A model generated the notes under the pieces. It did not search any database and was not told the DNA's origin. It was given only the letters and a program-made list of their open reading frames with translations. A stretch of 64,000 nucleotides of DNA from Candidatus Gemmiger avicola (GTDB lineage Bacteria > Bacillota > Clostridia > Oscillospirales > Ruminococcaceae): assembly GCA_019118805.1 (NCBI GenBank), contig DWYG01000190.1:13434-77433 (forward strand), read 5' to 3'. Both the position numbers and the translations under genes were made by a program. How positions within the stretch are numbered: the first letter of the stretch is position 1; every line of letters begins with the position of its first letter. Of this stretch, positions 40,148 through 49,651 are shown piece after piece.

Positions 40148-40278
40148 AAAAAAGGCGAGACCCATCCCGCCCCGCCTTACAGCCGGGCAAAATAAGTCTC
40201 GCCGTTTCATCTAAAGCCAGGGTCACCCCAGTGTGTTGGCCTTATCACGCGCCAAGGCGCGCCAGCTACTCCCTTATG
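40148..40278 (-). ncRNA. yybP-ykoY (Mn2+) riboswitch with terminator-type expression platform
   Basis: Minus strand aTAAG-GGAGTAGC..GGCCAACACACT..CTGGC..GGCGAGA-CTTAt; downstream gtctcgcc-tttttt can pair with the aptamer 3' strand ggcgagac. Confidence 0.88.
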
Positions 40279-40451
40279 TGGGGAATACAATACCATGCGG
40301 GGCGCCAGTTAGTCAAGCATAACCAAGTTGGAGGGCACTCTCTTCCTTTCTGCCCGGATTTTCTCAAATTCCCCCTTTTCCCACCGCGGCGGATGCGGTA
40401 CAATAGAAGCGTAGGGCCCGCCGGATGCGCGGCCCACGGAAAGGACACCCA

Positions 40452-41762
40452 ATGGAACTGCAACAACTGTTTGACTTTCTGCGCGCCGGGGTTTCGCCGT
40501 TCCACGCGGCGGCCCATGCGGCCGGGCTGCTGGATGCGGCCGGCTTCACCCGGCTGCAGGAAGCCGATTTCTGGAACCTGGAACCCGGGCGCGGGTATTA
40601 CATCACCCGCAACCAGAGCGCCGTCATCGCCTGGCGGATGCCGGCCCATGCGGTCGGCGGCTGGCGGATCACGGCCTCCCACGGGGATTCGCCGACCTTC
40701 AAGATCAAAAACACAGCCGTTGAAGCGGCCGGCTGCGTCAAGCTCAACGTGGAAGGGTACGGCGGCATGCACAGCGCCACCTGGCTGGACCGGCCGCTCT
40801 CGGTGGCCGGGCGGGTCATGCTGCGCACAGCCGAAGGGCTTGCGGGGCGGCTTGTCAACCTTGACCGGGATCTGCTGGTGATCCCCTCGCTCGCGCCGCA
40901 CATGGACCGCGCGGTCAATGAAGGCCACCGCTACAACCCGCAGGTGGATATGCAGCCGCTGTGGGGCCCGGCCGGATGCCGGGGGCTTGAGGATCTTATC
41001 GCCGAGGCGCTCGGCGCAGACAAAGCCGACCTTGTGGACGCCGACCTGACCCTCTACGCCCGCCAGGCGCCGACGACGATCGGCCCCAACGGCGAATACT
41101 TCATGAGTCCGCGCATCGACGACCTCGAATGTGCGGCAACGACGCTGTTCGGCTTTCTGGAAGCCGGCCGGGATACCGATTCGGCCTGCGCGCCGGTCTG
41201 GGCGATGCTCGACAACGAGGAGGTCGGCAGCGGCACCCGCCAGGGCGCACAGAGCCGCTTTTTGCGCGACACGCTCGACCGCATCTATGATTCGGTGCCG
41301 CACAGCGGGCAGGGCATGCAGCGCGCGCTCGCCAATTCCTTTTTGCTCAGCGCCGACAACGCCCACGCAACCCACCCGAACTTTGCCGACAAGGCCGACC
41401 CCGCCAACCCCGTGCGGATGGGCGGCGGCATTGTGCTGAAAGTCAACGCGAGCCAGAAATACACGACCAATGCGCTTTCCGGCGCGCTGCTGCGCGAAAT
41501 CTGCCGGCTGGCCGGCGTGCCGGTGCAGCTGTTTGCAAACCGGGCCGACTTGCCCGGCGGCTCGACGCTCGGCAATCTGCAGAGCCACACGCTGCCGATC
41601 CCGATGGCCGACATCGGCCTGGCGCAGCTCGGGATGCACAGCGCGGTGGAGACCGCCGCCACCGCCGACGCCGCGGCGATGGTGCGGACGGTGGCGCAGT
41701 TTTATACCGTCCACCTGCGGTGCCTGGGCGACGGGCAGTACACGCTGGAGGCGCTGGCATGA
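40452..41762 (+). CDS. M18 family aspartyl aminopeptidase
   Basis: SPFHA, HGDSP, WLDRPLS, DNEEVGS, SADNAHATHPN, GGSTLG and MHSAVE motifs. Confidence 0.9.
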   Translation: MELQQLFDFLRAGVSPFHAAAHAAGLLDAAGFTRLQEADFWNLEPGRGYYITRNQSAVIAWRMPAHAVGGWRITASHGDSPTFKIKNTAVEAAGCVKLNVEGYGGMHSATWLDRPLSVAGRVMLRTAEGLAGRLVNLDRDLLVIPSLAPHMDRAVNEGHRYNPQVDMQPLWGPAGCRGLEDLIAEALGADKADLVDADLTLYARQAPTTIGPNGEYFMSPRIDDLECAATTLFGFLEAGRDTDSACAPVWAMLDNEEVGSGTRQGAQSRFLRDTLDRIYDSVPHSGQGMQRALANSFLLSADNAHATHPNFADKADPANPVRMGGGIVLKVNASQKYTTNALSGALLREICRLAGVPVQLFANRADLPGGSTLGNLQSHTLPIPMADIGLAQLGMHSAVETAATADAAAMVRTVAQFYTVHLRCLGDGQYTLEALA

Positions 41763-42697
41763 CGCTGGGCCGCTATGCCCCGAGCCCGAGCGGCCGGATG
41801 CACCTGGGCAACCTCTGCTGCTGCCTGCTGGCCTGGCTTTCGGCCAAGCGGCAGGGCGGCCGGGTGGTGCTGCGGATCGAAGACCTTGACCCGCAGCGCT
41901 GCCCGCGGAAATTTGCCGACCTGCTTGAAGCCGACCTTGCCTGGCTCGGGCTTTCGGCTGATGAGGGCGGCGCGGCCGGCGGCCCCCACGCTCCCTATTA
42001 CCAAAGCGAGCGGACGGCTTTGTACGAAGCCGCGTTTGCGCGCCTGGCCGAAAAGAACCTGCTCTACCCGTGTTTTTGCAGCCGGAACGAACTGCACGCG
42101 GCCAGCGCGCCGCATCTGGCCGACGGGCAGGTGCTCTACGCCGGCGCCTGCCGAAACCTGACCCCGGCCGAAATTGCCGAAAAGAGCAAGACCCGCCGCC
42201 CGGCCTCGCGGGTCAAAGTGCCGGACGAGGTGATCGAGTTCACCGACCGGCATTTGGGCGCGCAGCGGCAGAACCTTGCGCACGAGTGCGGGGACTTCAT
42301 CCTGCGCCGGTCGGACGGGGTGTTTGCCTACCAGCTCGCCGTTGTGGTGGACGACGCCGCGATGGGGGTGACCGAGGTCGTGCGCGGGCAGGACCTGCTC
42401 TCGAGCACGGCGCGGCAGATCTGGCTCTACCGCGAACTTGGCCTGCCGGCCCCGGCCTTCGCCCACGCGCCGCTGCTGCTCGCATCCGACGGGCGGCGGC
42501 TCTCGAAGCGGGACGGGGACGTAAGCCTTGAACAGCTGCAGCAGCGGTACACGCCGGAACAGATCATCGGCAAGCTGGGCTGGCTCTGCGGTTTGCAACC
42601 CGCGCCCGATGCGCGGCGGCCAGAGGAGCTTATCGAAGGCTTCTCGTGGGAAAAGGTGCCGCGGGGGGATATCTGCATCCCGGAGGGGGTGTTTTAA
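41759..42697 (+). CDS. gluQ: tRNA glutamyl-Q(34) synthetase
   Basis: RYAPSPSGRMHLGN, LRIEDLD, YQLAVVVDD and RLSKR motifs; about 310 aa with no anticodon-binding domain; ATGA overlap with the upstream gene. Confidence 0.88.
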   Translation: MTLGRYAPSPSGRMHLGNLCCCLLAWLSAKRQGGRVVLRIEDLDPQRCPRKFADLLEADLAWLGLSADEGGAAGGPHAPYYQSERTALYEAAFARLAEKNLLYPCFCSRNELHAASAPHLADGQVLYAGACRNLTPAEIAEKSKTRRPASRVKVPDEVIEFTDRHLGAQRQNLAHECGDFILRRSDGVFAYQLAVVVDDAAMGVTEVVRGQDLLSSTARQIWLYRELGLPAPAFAHAPLLLASDGRRLSKRDGDVSLEQLQQRYTPEQIIGKLGWLCGLQPAPDARRPEELIEGFSWEKVPRGDICIPEGVF

Positions 42698-42729
42698 GGG
42701 GACGTGCCTCGGAATGCCCGGTGCGACCG

Positions 42730-43005
42730 CGGCGGGATGAATCCCGCCCCTACGCATGGTGGTTTGGTTCGTCGTTTGCCTTGCAAGGCGGCAACCGCGT
42801 TTGCCGCCATCCGTAGGGGGCGGCGTCCTCGACGCCCCGGGAACCCCGCCATGCCGCGAACACCCCCGGGCGGGCAATGCCCGCCCCTACGGTCTCAACC
42901 ATTGATAACCTTCTCGCCATAATTTCCCGAGGCGGCCGCAGGCCGCCGATCCACCGTAATTTTTCATTTTCATTTTCATTTTCCCCGCGCCCTTTCGGGC
43001 GCGCT
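42730..43005. repeat. Three REP-like palindromes plus a ~100 bp accessory repeat ending in TTTTCA iterations
   Basis: ggcgggatgaatcccgcccctac; gtaggggcggcgtcctcgacgcccc; gggcgggcaatgcccgcccctac; then ctacggtctcaacc..ggcggccgcagg.cgccg.tccaccg.aatttttcatttt, shared with 49531-49620. Confidence 0.7.
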
Positions 43006-43019
43006 CCCGGAGGTATCTC

Positions 43020-45611
43020 ATGCAACGTTTTTCTGTGACCGGTATGAGCTGCGCGGCATGCAGCGCGCATGTGGAGCGGGCGGTCGCGGCGGTGCCGGGT
43101 GTGCGCAGCGTCGCGGTCAGCCTGCTGACCAACTCCATGCAGGTGGACTATGCACCCGGCGCCGACCCCGACGCCGTCAACACAGCGATCCTTGACGCCG
43201 TTGCGGCGGCCGGCTACGGCGCGGCTGCGGCCGGCGCCGACCTGGACGAGGCCGCGCTCGAGGACACCGAGACCCCGCGGCTCAAACGCCGGCTGATCAC
43301 AAGCCTTTGTTTTTTGGTCCCGCTGCTGTATATCACGATGGGGCATATGGTCGGCCTGCCGCTGCCGCCGTTTATGGACGGCGGCGGGTGGGAGGCGCTT
43401 GTCTTTGCGCTTGCGCAGCTTGCGCTGACCCTGCCGGTGTGCTACATCAACCGCGCCTTCTTTATCTCCGGATGGAAAGGCCTGCGCAGCCTTTCGCCCG
43501 GCATGGATACGCTGGTCGCGCTCGGCGCGGGGGCCGCGCTGCTCTATGGCCTGTATGCCGTTGTGATGATTGTTGCCGGCCTCCTTGCCGGCAACGAGGC
43601 CCAGGTGCTGCAGTTCCGCCATGACCTGTACTTTGAATCGGCCGCCATGATCCTGACCCTGATCACGGTCGGCAAGATGCTGGAAGCCTACTCCAAAGGC
43701 AAGACGACGACGGCGCTCAGAAGCCTGATGGAGCTGGCCCCGCCCACAGCCTGCCTGCTGCGCGACGGCGGCGAGGTTACGGTGCCGGTTGGCGAAGTGC
43801 AGGTCGGCGATGTGTTCCTTGTGCGTCCGGGCGAGAGCATCCCGGTGGACGGCGTGGTGACGGCCGGGGAATCGAGCGTCAACGAAGCGGCCCTGACCGG
43901 CGAGAGCATGCCGGTTGACAAAGCCGCCGGCGATGCGGTCAGCGCCGCAACCATCAACCAGAACGGCGCGCTGACCTGCCGCGCAACCCGGGTCGGCATG
44001 GATACCACGCTTTCCCAGGTGATCCGGCTTGTGCAGGACGCCGCTGCGACCAAAGCCCCGCTGGCCCGCACGGCCGACAAAGTCGCCGGCATTTTTGTGC
44101 CGGCGGTCATTGGCATTGCGGCGGTGACGATGATCATCTGGCTGCTGCTCGGCTTCACCTTCCCGTTTGCGCTTGCGCGGGGCATCAGCGTGCTGGTCAT
44201 CAGCTGCCCCTGCGCGCTCGGGCTCGCAACGCCGGTGGCGATCATGGTCGGTTCGGGCGTCGGGGCCAGGCACGGTATCCTGTTCAAGACCGCCGCAAGC
44301 CTTGAAACCACCGGCTATACCGACACCGTGCTGCTGGATAAAACCGGCACCGTGACAGCCGGCGCGCCGGCCGTCGTCGAGATTGTCGGCACCCGCAAGG
44401 TGCCGGACAAGTTCCTGCTCGGCATGGCGGCAGGGCTCGAAAGCCAGAGCGAGCACCCGCTGGCCAAGGCGGTCATGGCCCGCGCCAAGGCGGACGGCAT
44501 CCGCGGCAGCCGGGTGGCGAACATCACGGCCATCCCCGGCCAGGGCCTGACCGGCAAGGTGGCCGGCAAGGTCATGGCCGGCGGCAACGAGGAATTTATC
44601 ATGACCCAGTGTGCCCTGCCCGACGACCTGCGCGCAGCCGGCCGTGCGATGGCAGACAAGGGGATCACCCCGCTCTACTTTTCGCTTGACGGCCACGCGG
44701 CCGGCGTGATCGGGGTAGCCGACGTTGTGAAGCCGACCAGCAAGGCCGCAGTTGCCGCGATGCGCGCCCTTGGCATGCGGGTGGTGCTGCTGACCGGCGA
44801 TAACGCCGCCACCGCCGCACACATTGCAAGCCTTGTCGGGCTGGACAGCCGGGATGTTGTGGCCGGCGTGCTGCCGGCCGGCAAGGAGGCCGAGGTTCGA
44901 AAGCTGCAAAAACAGGGCCGGGTTGCGATGGTGGGCGACGGCATCAACGACGCGCCCGCCCTGACCCGGGCCGACACCGGCATTGCGATCGGCGCGGGGG
45001 CGGACGTTGCGCTGGATGCGGCCGACGTCGTGCTTGTGCGCAGCGACCTGGCCGATGTGCCGGCCGCGGTGCGGCTGTCCCGCCAGGTGGTGCGCAACAT
45101 CCACCAGAACCTGTTCTGGGCCTTCTTCTATAACGCGATCTGCATTCCGCTGGCCGCCGGCGTGCTGTATCCGCTGGGCATCCTGCTCAACCCGATGATC
45201 GCGGCCGCCTGCATGAGCCTTTCGAGCATCTGCGTTGTGACAAACGCGCTGCGGCTGAACACCTTTGACCCGCACGATGCCTCCCGCGATGCCCCGCGGG
45301 GGCGCCCGGCGCCGCCGGCTGCGCCCGATGCCGGGGCCCCGCCGACGGCCTGCCCGGTACCGGCTGCGCCCGCGCAGGCCGCCCCGCAGCAGGCCGCGCT
45401 GCACAAGACGCTGCGCATTACCGGCATGATGTGCCCGCACTGCGAAGCCACCGTCAAAAAGGCGCTGGAAGCGCTGGACGGCGTCACCGAGGCCGCGGTC
45501 AGCCATGAGGCCGGCACCGCCCTTGTCACGCTCAGCAAACCGGTGGCGGACGAGACGCTCAAGGCCGCCGTGGAGGCGGAAGACTATGCCGTGACCGGCA
45601 TTGCGCCATGA
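43020..45611 (+). CDS. copA: Copper-translocating P1B-type ATPase (second paralog) with N- and C-terminal HMA domains
   Basis: [45 protein letters not shown] and C-terminal GMMCPHC. Confidence 0.88.
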   Translation: MQRFSVTGMSCAACSAHVERAVAAVPGVRSVAVSLLTNSMQVDYAPGADPDAVNTAILDAVAAAGYGAAAAGADLDEAALEDTETPRLKRRLITSLCFLVPLLYITMGHMVGLPLPPFMDGGGWEALVFALAQLALTLPVCYINRAFFISGWKGLRSLSPGMDTLVALGAGAALLYGLYAVVMIVAGLLAGNEAQVLQFRHDLYFESAAMILTLITVGKMLEAYSKGKTTTALRSLMELAPPTACLLRDGGEVTVPVGEVQVGDVFLVRPGESIPVDGVVTAGESSVNEAALTGESMPVDKAAGDAVSAATINQNGALTCRATRVGMDTTLSQVIRLVQDAAATKAPLARTADKVAGIFVPAVIGIAAVTMIIWLLLGFTFPFALARGISVLVISCPCALGLATPVAIMVGSGVGARHGILFKTAASLETTGYTDTVLLDKTGTVTAGAPAVVEIVGTRKVPDKFLLGMAAGLESQSEHPLAKAVMARAKADGIRGSRVANITAIPGQGLTGKVAGKVMAGGNEEFIMTQCALPDDLRAAGRAMADKGITPLYFSLDGHAAGVIGVADVVKPTSKAAVAAMRALGMRVVLLTGDNAATAAHIASLVGLDSRDVVAGVLPAGKEAEVRKLQKQGRVAMVGDGINDAPALTRADTGIAIGAGADVALDAADVVLVRSDLADVPAAVRLSRQVVRNIHQNLFWAFFYNAICIPLAAGVLYPLGILLNPMIAAACMSLSSICVVTNALRLNTFDPHDASRDAPRGRPAPPAAPDAGAPPTACPVPAAPAQAAPQQAALHKTLRITGMMCPHCEATVKKALEALDGVTEAAVSHEAGTALVTLSKPVADETLKAAVEAEDYAVTGIAP

Positions 45612-45892
45612 AGCCGGCCGAGCGCCGCCGCTGGCGGTTTACCGGCCGGGTGCAGGGGGTGGGGTTCCGCTACCGCGCCCAGTATGCGGCCCAGGCCCTT
45701 GGCCTGACCGGCTGGGTGGAAAACAACGACGACGGCAGCGTAAGCCTGGAAGCCCAGGGCCCGCCCGAAGCGCTTGACAAGCTGGTCCCCACCCTGACCG
45801 CCACGAGCCGCTGGATTTTGATCGACGGCATGACCTGCCGCACGATCCCGACGGTGGAAGAGGAAAGAAGGTTCCGGGTGAGGGGGTATTGA
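45608..45892 (+). CDS. acyP: Acylphosphatase
   Basis: GRVQGVGFR and [11 protein letters not shown] motifs; ATGA overlap with copA. Confidence 0.88.
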   Translation: MKPAERRRWRFTGRVQGVGFRYRAQYAAQALGLTGWVENNDDGSVSLEAQGPPEALDKLVPTLTATSRWILIDGMTCRTIPTVEEERRFRVRGY

Positions 45893-45943
45893 GGATCGCG
45901 ATTCCCGGTGCGAACCTCGTCCCCTGCAATCCCCATACAAACA

Positions 45944-45988
45944 AACAGCGCCTGCGGCGCGGGAAACCCCCGCGCTGCAGGCGCTGTT
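45944..45988. terminator. Hairpin between convergent acyP and uxaC
   Basis: aacagcgcctgcggcgcggg / cccgcgctgcaggcgctgtt. Confidence 0.65.
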
Positions 45989-46004
45989 GTATGTATCTTA
46001 ATTC

Positions 46005-47444
46005 TTACAGCCCGAAATACCGCTTGGCGTTGTAGTAGCTGATGCCTTCCACAATCTTCTTGAGGGATTTTTCGTCGTTCGGGTACTGGCCGTTTTCGAC
46101 CCATTCGCCGACGAGGTTGCACATCAGGCGGCGGAACAGCTCATGCCGGGTGTAGGACAGGAAACTGCGGCTGTCTGTCAGCATACCGATAAAGTTGCCG
46201 AGCAGGCCCAGGCGTGCCAGCGTGCGCATCTGCTGGTACATACCGTCGTTGGTATCGCAGAACCACCAGGCCGAGCCGAGCTGGATCTTGCCCGGGACTT
46301 CATCCCCCTGGAAGGAGCCGATCATCGTGCCGAGCATATCAAAGTCGGACGGGTTCAGGCTGTAGAGGATGGTCTTGGGGCATTCGTCGGTTTCGTCAAG
46401 CTTCGAGAGCAGGCTGCTCAACGTCACGCTCGCGTCGGTCACAGCGATCATATCAAAGCCGGTGTCGGCGCCAAGGCGCTTGAACATCCGGGCGTTGGGG
46501 TTGCGCAGGCAGGAATAGTGCACCTGCATGACGACGCCGTACTTTTTGTACATCTTGGCACAGGCAATGAGCAGGTGGGTGATGTAGGCGTCCCGCTCTT
46601 GCTTCGAGACTTCTTCCCCGGCCATCGCCTTTTTGAAGGCGGCGGTGGCAAGGTCCGCATCGTCAACAAACGGCACATAGTCAAGCCCGTGGTCGGCCGC
46701 ACGGCAGCCCATCGAGACAAAGAACGCCAGCCGCTCTTCAAGCGCTTTGACAACGCAGTCCGCACAGGCGAACTTGCGGCCGACGGTCTCCTCGAGCTTG
46801 TGGATGTATTCCACAAAGCCGGCCTTGTGGATGTTGAGGGCCTTGTCGGGGCGGAAGGACGGGGCTACGACGACCTCGATCGAGGGGTCTTCGGCAATCT
46901 TCTTGTGCCATTCCAGGGTGTCAACGGGGTCGTCGGTCGTGCCGACCATCGCGACGTTGCTCTGGCGGATCAGGCCGCGGACCGTCATGTTCGGGTCGTT
47001 CTGCAGTTTGTCGTTGCAGAGGTTCCAGACTTCTTCGGCCGTATCGGCGTTGAGCACACCCTCATACCCGAAGTATTTCTTGAGTTCCAGGTGGCACCAG
47101 GTGTACATCGGGTTGCCGATCGCCATTTCCAGCGATTCGGCAAACTTCTGGAACCGCTCGCGGTCGGGTTTGTCGCCGGTGATATAGTCTTCCGGCACGC
47201 CGTTGGAGCGCATGACCCGCCATTTATAATGGTCGCCGAAGTAGGAAACCGACCCGTCGGCGGCCACCTGGCGGCCGCCGAGCCAGACCTGGGTGATGTT
47301 TTCAAACCGGCGGTCCTCGTAAATTTCCTGCGGCGGGATATGGCAGTGGTAGTCGATGATGGGCAGGCCGGCCGCGTAGTCATGATACAGGCGGCGGGCG
47401 GTGGCGGTATCGAGCAGGAAGTCCTTGTCCATAAACGCTTTCAT
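46005..47444 (-). CDS. uxaC: Glucuronate/uronate isomerase
   Basis: FMDKDFLL, IIDYHCH, GDHYKWR, TTDDP, GSAWWF and GMLTDSRSFLSYTRHE motifs. Confidence 0.95.
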   Translation of the reverse strand: MKAFMDKDFLLDTATARRLYHDYAAGLPIIDYHCHIPPQEIYEDRRFENITQVWLGGRQVAADGSVSYFGDHYKWRVMRSNGVPEDYITGDKPDRERFQKFAESLEMAIGNPMYTWCHLELKKYFGYEGVLNADTAEEVWNLCNDKLQNDPNMTVRGLIRQSNVAMVGTTDDPVDTLEWHKKIAEDPSIEVVVAPSFRPDKALNIHKAGFVEYIHKLEETVGRKFACADCVVKALEERLAFFVSMGCRAADHGLDYVPFVDDADLATAAFKKAMAGEEVSKQERDAYITHLLIACAKMYKKYGVVMQVHYSCLRNPNARMFKRLGADTGFDMIAVTDASVTLSSLLSKLDETDECPKTILYSLNPSDFDMLGTMIGSFQGDEVPGKIQLGSAWWFCDTNDGMYQQMRTLARLGLLGNFIGMLTDSRSFLSYTRHELFRRLMCNLVGEWVENGQYPNDEKSLKKIVEGISYYNAKRYFGL

Positions 47445-47848
47445 ACACAGTCTCCTTTTCACAGGCGGGCGCAGCGTGCAGATCCTGCCCGCCGCCGCGG
47501 CCGCCAAACGGTTGTCTATGTTTTCATTATACCGATTGCGGCGCCGCCAAACAAGTTGCAAAAATTGCCCAAAGTCCGAAAAAAACCGCCAAACTTTTCA
47601 AATGATCCTTGTGCAACATCCCAAAAACCGTTTTCCCGGCCCGCCCTGTGCAAGATCCGTGCGTTTTGATCAATTTGAATCTTGACGGCGCCGGGCAAAG
47701 AAACTAGAATAAAGGAAAACCGCCCCCGTGCACAGGCGCCATGCGTGCGCATGGAAGCGCCCGCCGCACAGCCCGGCAAAGACGCTCCCGCCCGGTTCTG
47801 CGCCAGGGGACCCATCTTGCCGTCTTGAATAAAAAGGAGCGCCCTTGT

Positions 47849-49342
47849 ATGCAGACACTCAGCTACCAAACCCTGGCCCAGACCGGTTACCGGGGCTACC
47901 TGCTTCCCTCCGCACCCGAAAAGGTGCTGCAGTTCGGGGAAGGAAATTTTCTCCGCGCCTTCGTTGATTACTGGTTTGATCTGGCCAACGAGAAGGTCGG
48001 CTGGAACGGCAAGTGCTGCCTGGTACAGCCGATTGCCCCGGGCCTTGCCAAGCAGATCAACGCGCAGCAGGGGCTGTATACCTTGTATCTGCGCGGGCGG
48101 CAAAACGGTGAGAAGGTCGACCAGAAGCGGGTGATTTCGAGCGTATCCCGCTGCCTGAACCCCTATGAAAAAGAAGGGTACGAGGCGATGATGGCGGTAG
48201 CCGTTTCGGACGATCTCGAATATATTGTCTCGAACACAACCGAAGCCGGCATTGTCTATGACCCGGCCTGCCAGCCGGAGGACTGCCCGCCGGCCTCCTT
48301 CCCCGCAAAGCTCACCCAGGTGTTGTATGCACGGTACGGCGCCGGCAAGCCGGGGGTTGTGATCCTTTCCTGTGAATTGATCGACAACAACGGCAAGGAA
48401 CTGTTGAAATGCGTGAACCGGTACATTGACCAGTGGAATCTTGGCGATGGCTTCCGCATCTGGGTGAACGAGCACTGCCTTTTCTGTTCCACCCTGGTGG
48501 ACCGGATTGTGCCCGGCCGCATCCGGGACGCCGGGGAGGCCGCCCGGCTGGACGCCGAAAACGGCTACCATGACGAACTCATCGACGTCGGCGAGATTTT
48601 CGGCGTCTGGAACATTGAAGGCCCCGCCTGGCTGGCCGACAAGCTGCCATTCAAGGCCGCCGGGCTCAACTGCCCGGTTGTGCCGGATGTGACCCCTTAT
48701 AAAAAACGCAAGGTACGGATTTTGAACGGCGCGCACACCGGTTTTGTGCTGGGGGCGTACCTGGCCGGGTTCAATATTGTGCGGGACTGTATGCACGATG
48801 CAACGATCCGCACCTTTATGAACAAGATGCTGCTTGACGAGATCGTGCCGGTGCTGCCGCTCGACCAGGAGGACTGCAAACAGTTCGCCGCCGCGGTCGA
48901 GGATCGGTTCAACAACCCCTTCGTCAACCATGAGCTGCTGAGCATCTCGCTGAATTCCACCTCAAAATGGCGGGCGCGCAACCTGCCGAGCCTGCTCGAT
49001 TACGTCGCAGCAAACGGCGCGCTGCCGCCGTGTCTGGCGATGAGCTTTGCGGCCTACCTCGCGTTTTATACAAGCGAGATCCAGGGGCTGACCGAAGCGG
49101 GGCTTGTGGCAAAGCGGCCGGCCGGCAATGAATACACGATCAGCGACGACCGGTGGGTGCTCGAGTTTTATGCCGCGCACCGGAACGACGCGGTTCCGGC
49201 CCTTGTCCACGCCGTGATGACCGACGAGCGGATGTGGGGGCAGGATCTGACCCAAATCCCCGGCTTTGAGGAAGCGACGGTGCGGAATTTGACGATGATC
49301 CGAGAACAGGGCGCGAAAGCGGCGTTTGGGCGTGTGGGGTGA
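47849..49342 (+). CDS. uxaB: Tagaturonate reductase (altronate oxidoreductase)
   Basis: QFGEGNFLRAF, SNTTEAGI, TLVDRIVPG, RKVRILNGAHT and RFNNPF motifs. Confidence 0.93.
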   Translation: MQTLSYQTLAQTGYRGYLLPSAPEKVLQFGEGNFLRAFVDYWFDLANEKVGWNGKCCLVQPIAPGLAKQINAQQGLYTLYLRGRQNGEKVDQKRVISSVSRCLNPYEKEGYEAMMAVAVSDDLEYIVSNTTEAGIVYDPACQPEDCPPASFPAKLTQVLYARYGAGKPGVVILSCELIDNNGKELLKCVNRYIDQWNLGDGFRIWVNEHCLFCSTLVDRIVPGRIRDAGEAARLDAENGYHDELIDVGEIFGVWNIEGPAWLADKLPFKAAGLNCPVVPDVTPYKKRKVRILNGAHTGFVLGAYLAGFNIVRDCMHDATIRTFMNKMLLDEIVPVLPLDQEDCKQFAAAVEDRFNNPFVNHELLSISLNSTSKWRARNLPSLLDYVAANGALPPCLAMSFAAYLAFYTSEIQGLTEAGLVAKRPAGNEYTISDDRWVLEFYAAHRNDAVPALVHAVMTDERMWGQDLTQIPGFEEATVRNLTMIREQGAKAAFGRVG

Positions 49343-49359
49343 GGGGCATAGCCCCGCCG

Positions 49360-49640
49360 GGGCAGCGACGCGCCTACCCCCTTGTGCGTAGAGGGCGGCG
49401 ACCCCGACGCCCCGGGAACCTTGTAATGCCGCAAACCAGGCGGATATGGAAGCCGCCCCTACATTGAAACCACCGGCCAATTTTTCCGTTTTCCACAATT
49501 TTCAACATCTATGGCGCACACTGTGCGCCGCTACGGTCTCAACCGTTTATATCTCTCTCACTTCAATTCTTGAAGGCGGCCGCAGGACGCCGCTCCACCG
49601 CAATTTTTCATTTTTCATTTGCGCGGCGCGGCCGCGCGAA
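49360..49640. repeat. REP-like palindromes plus the accessory repeat (same family as 42730-43005)
   Basis: gtagagggcggcgaccccgacgcccc; ggcggatatggaagccgcccctac; ctacggtctcaacc..tccaccgcaatttttcatttttcattt. Confidence 0.65.
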
Positions 49641-49651
49641 AAGGAGCCCCC

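Noticed and set aside
47520..47720. TGTGCAA-like repeats in the uxaC/uxaB divergent region as operators
   Set aside because: Too short and degenerate to assign without a regulator or comparative data
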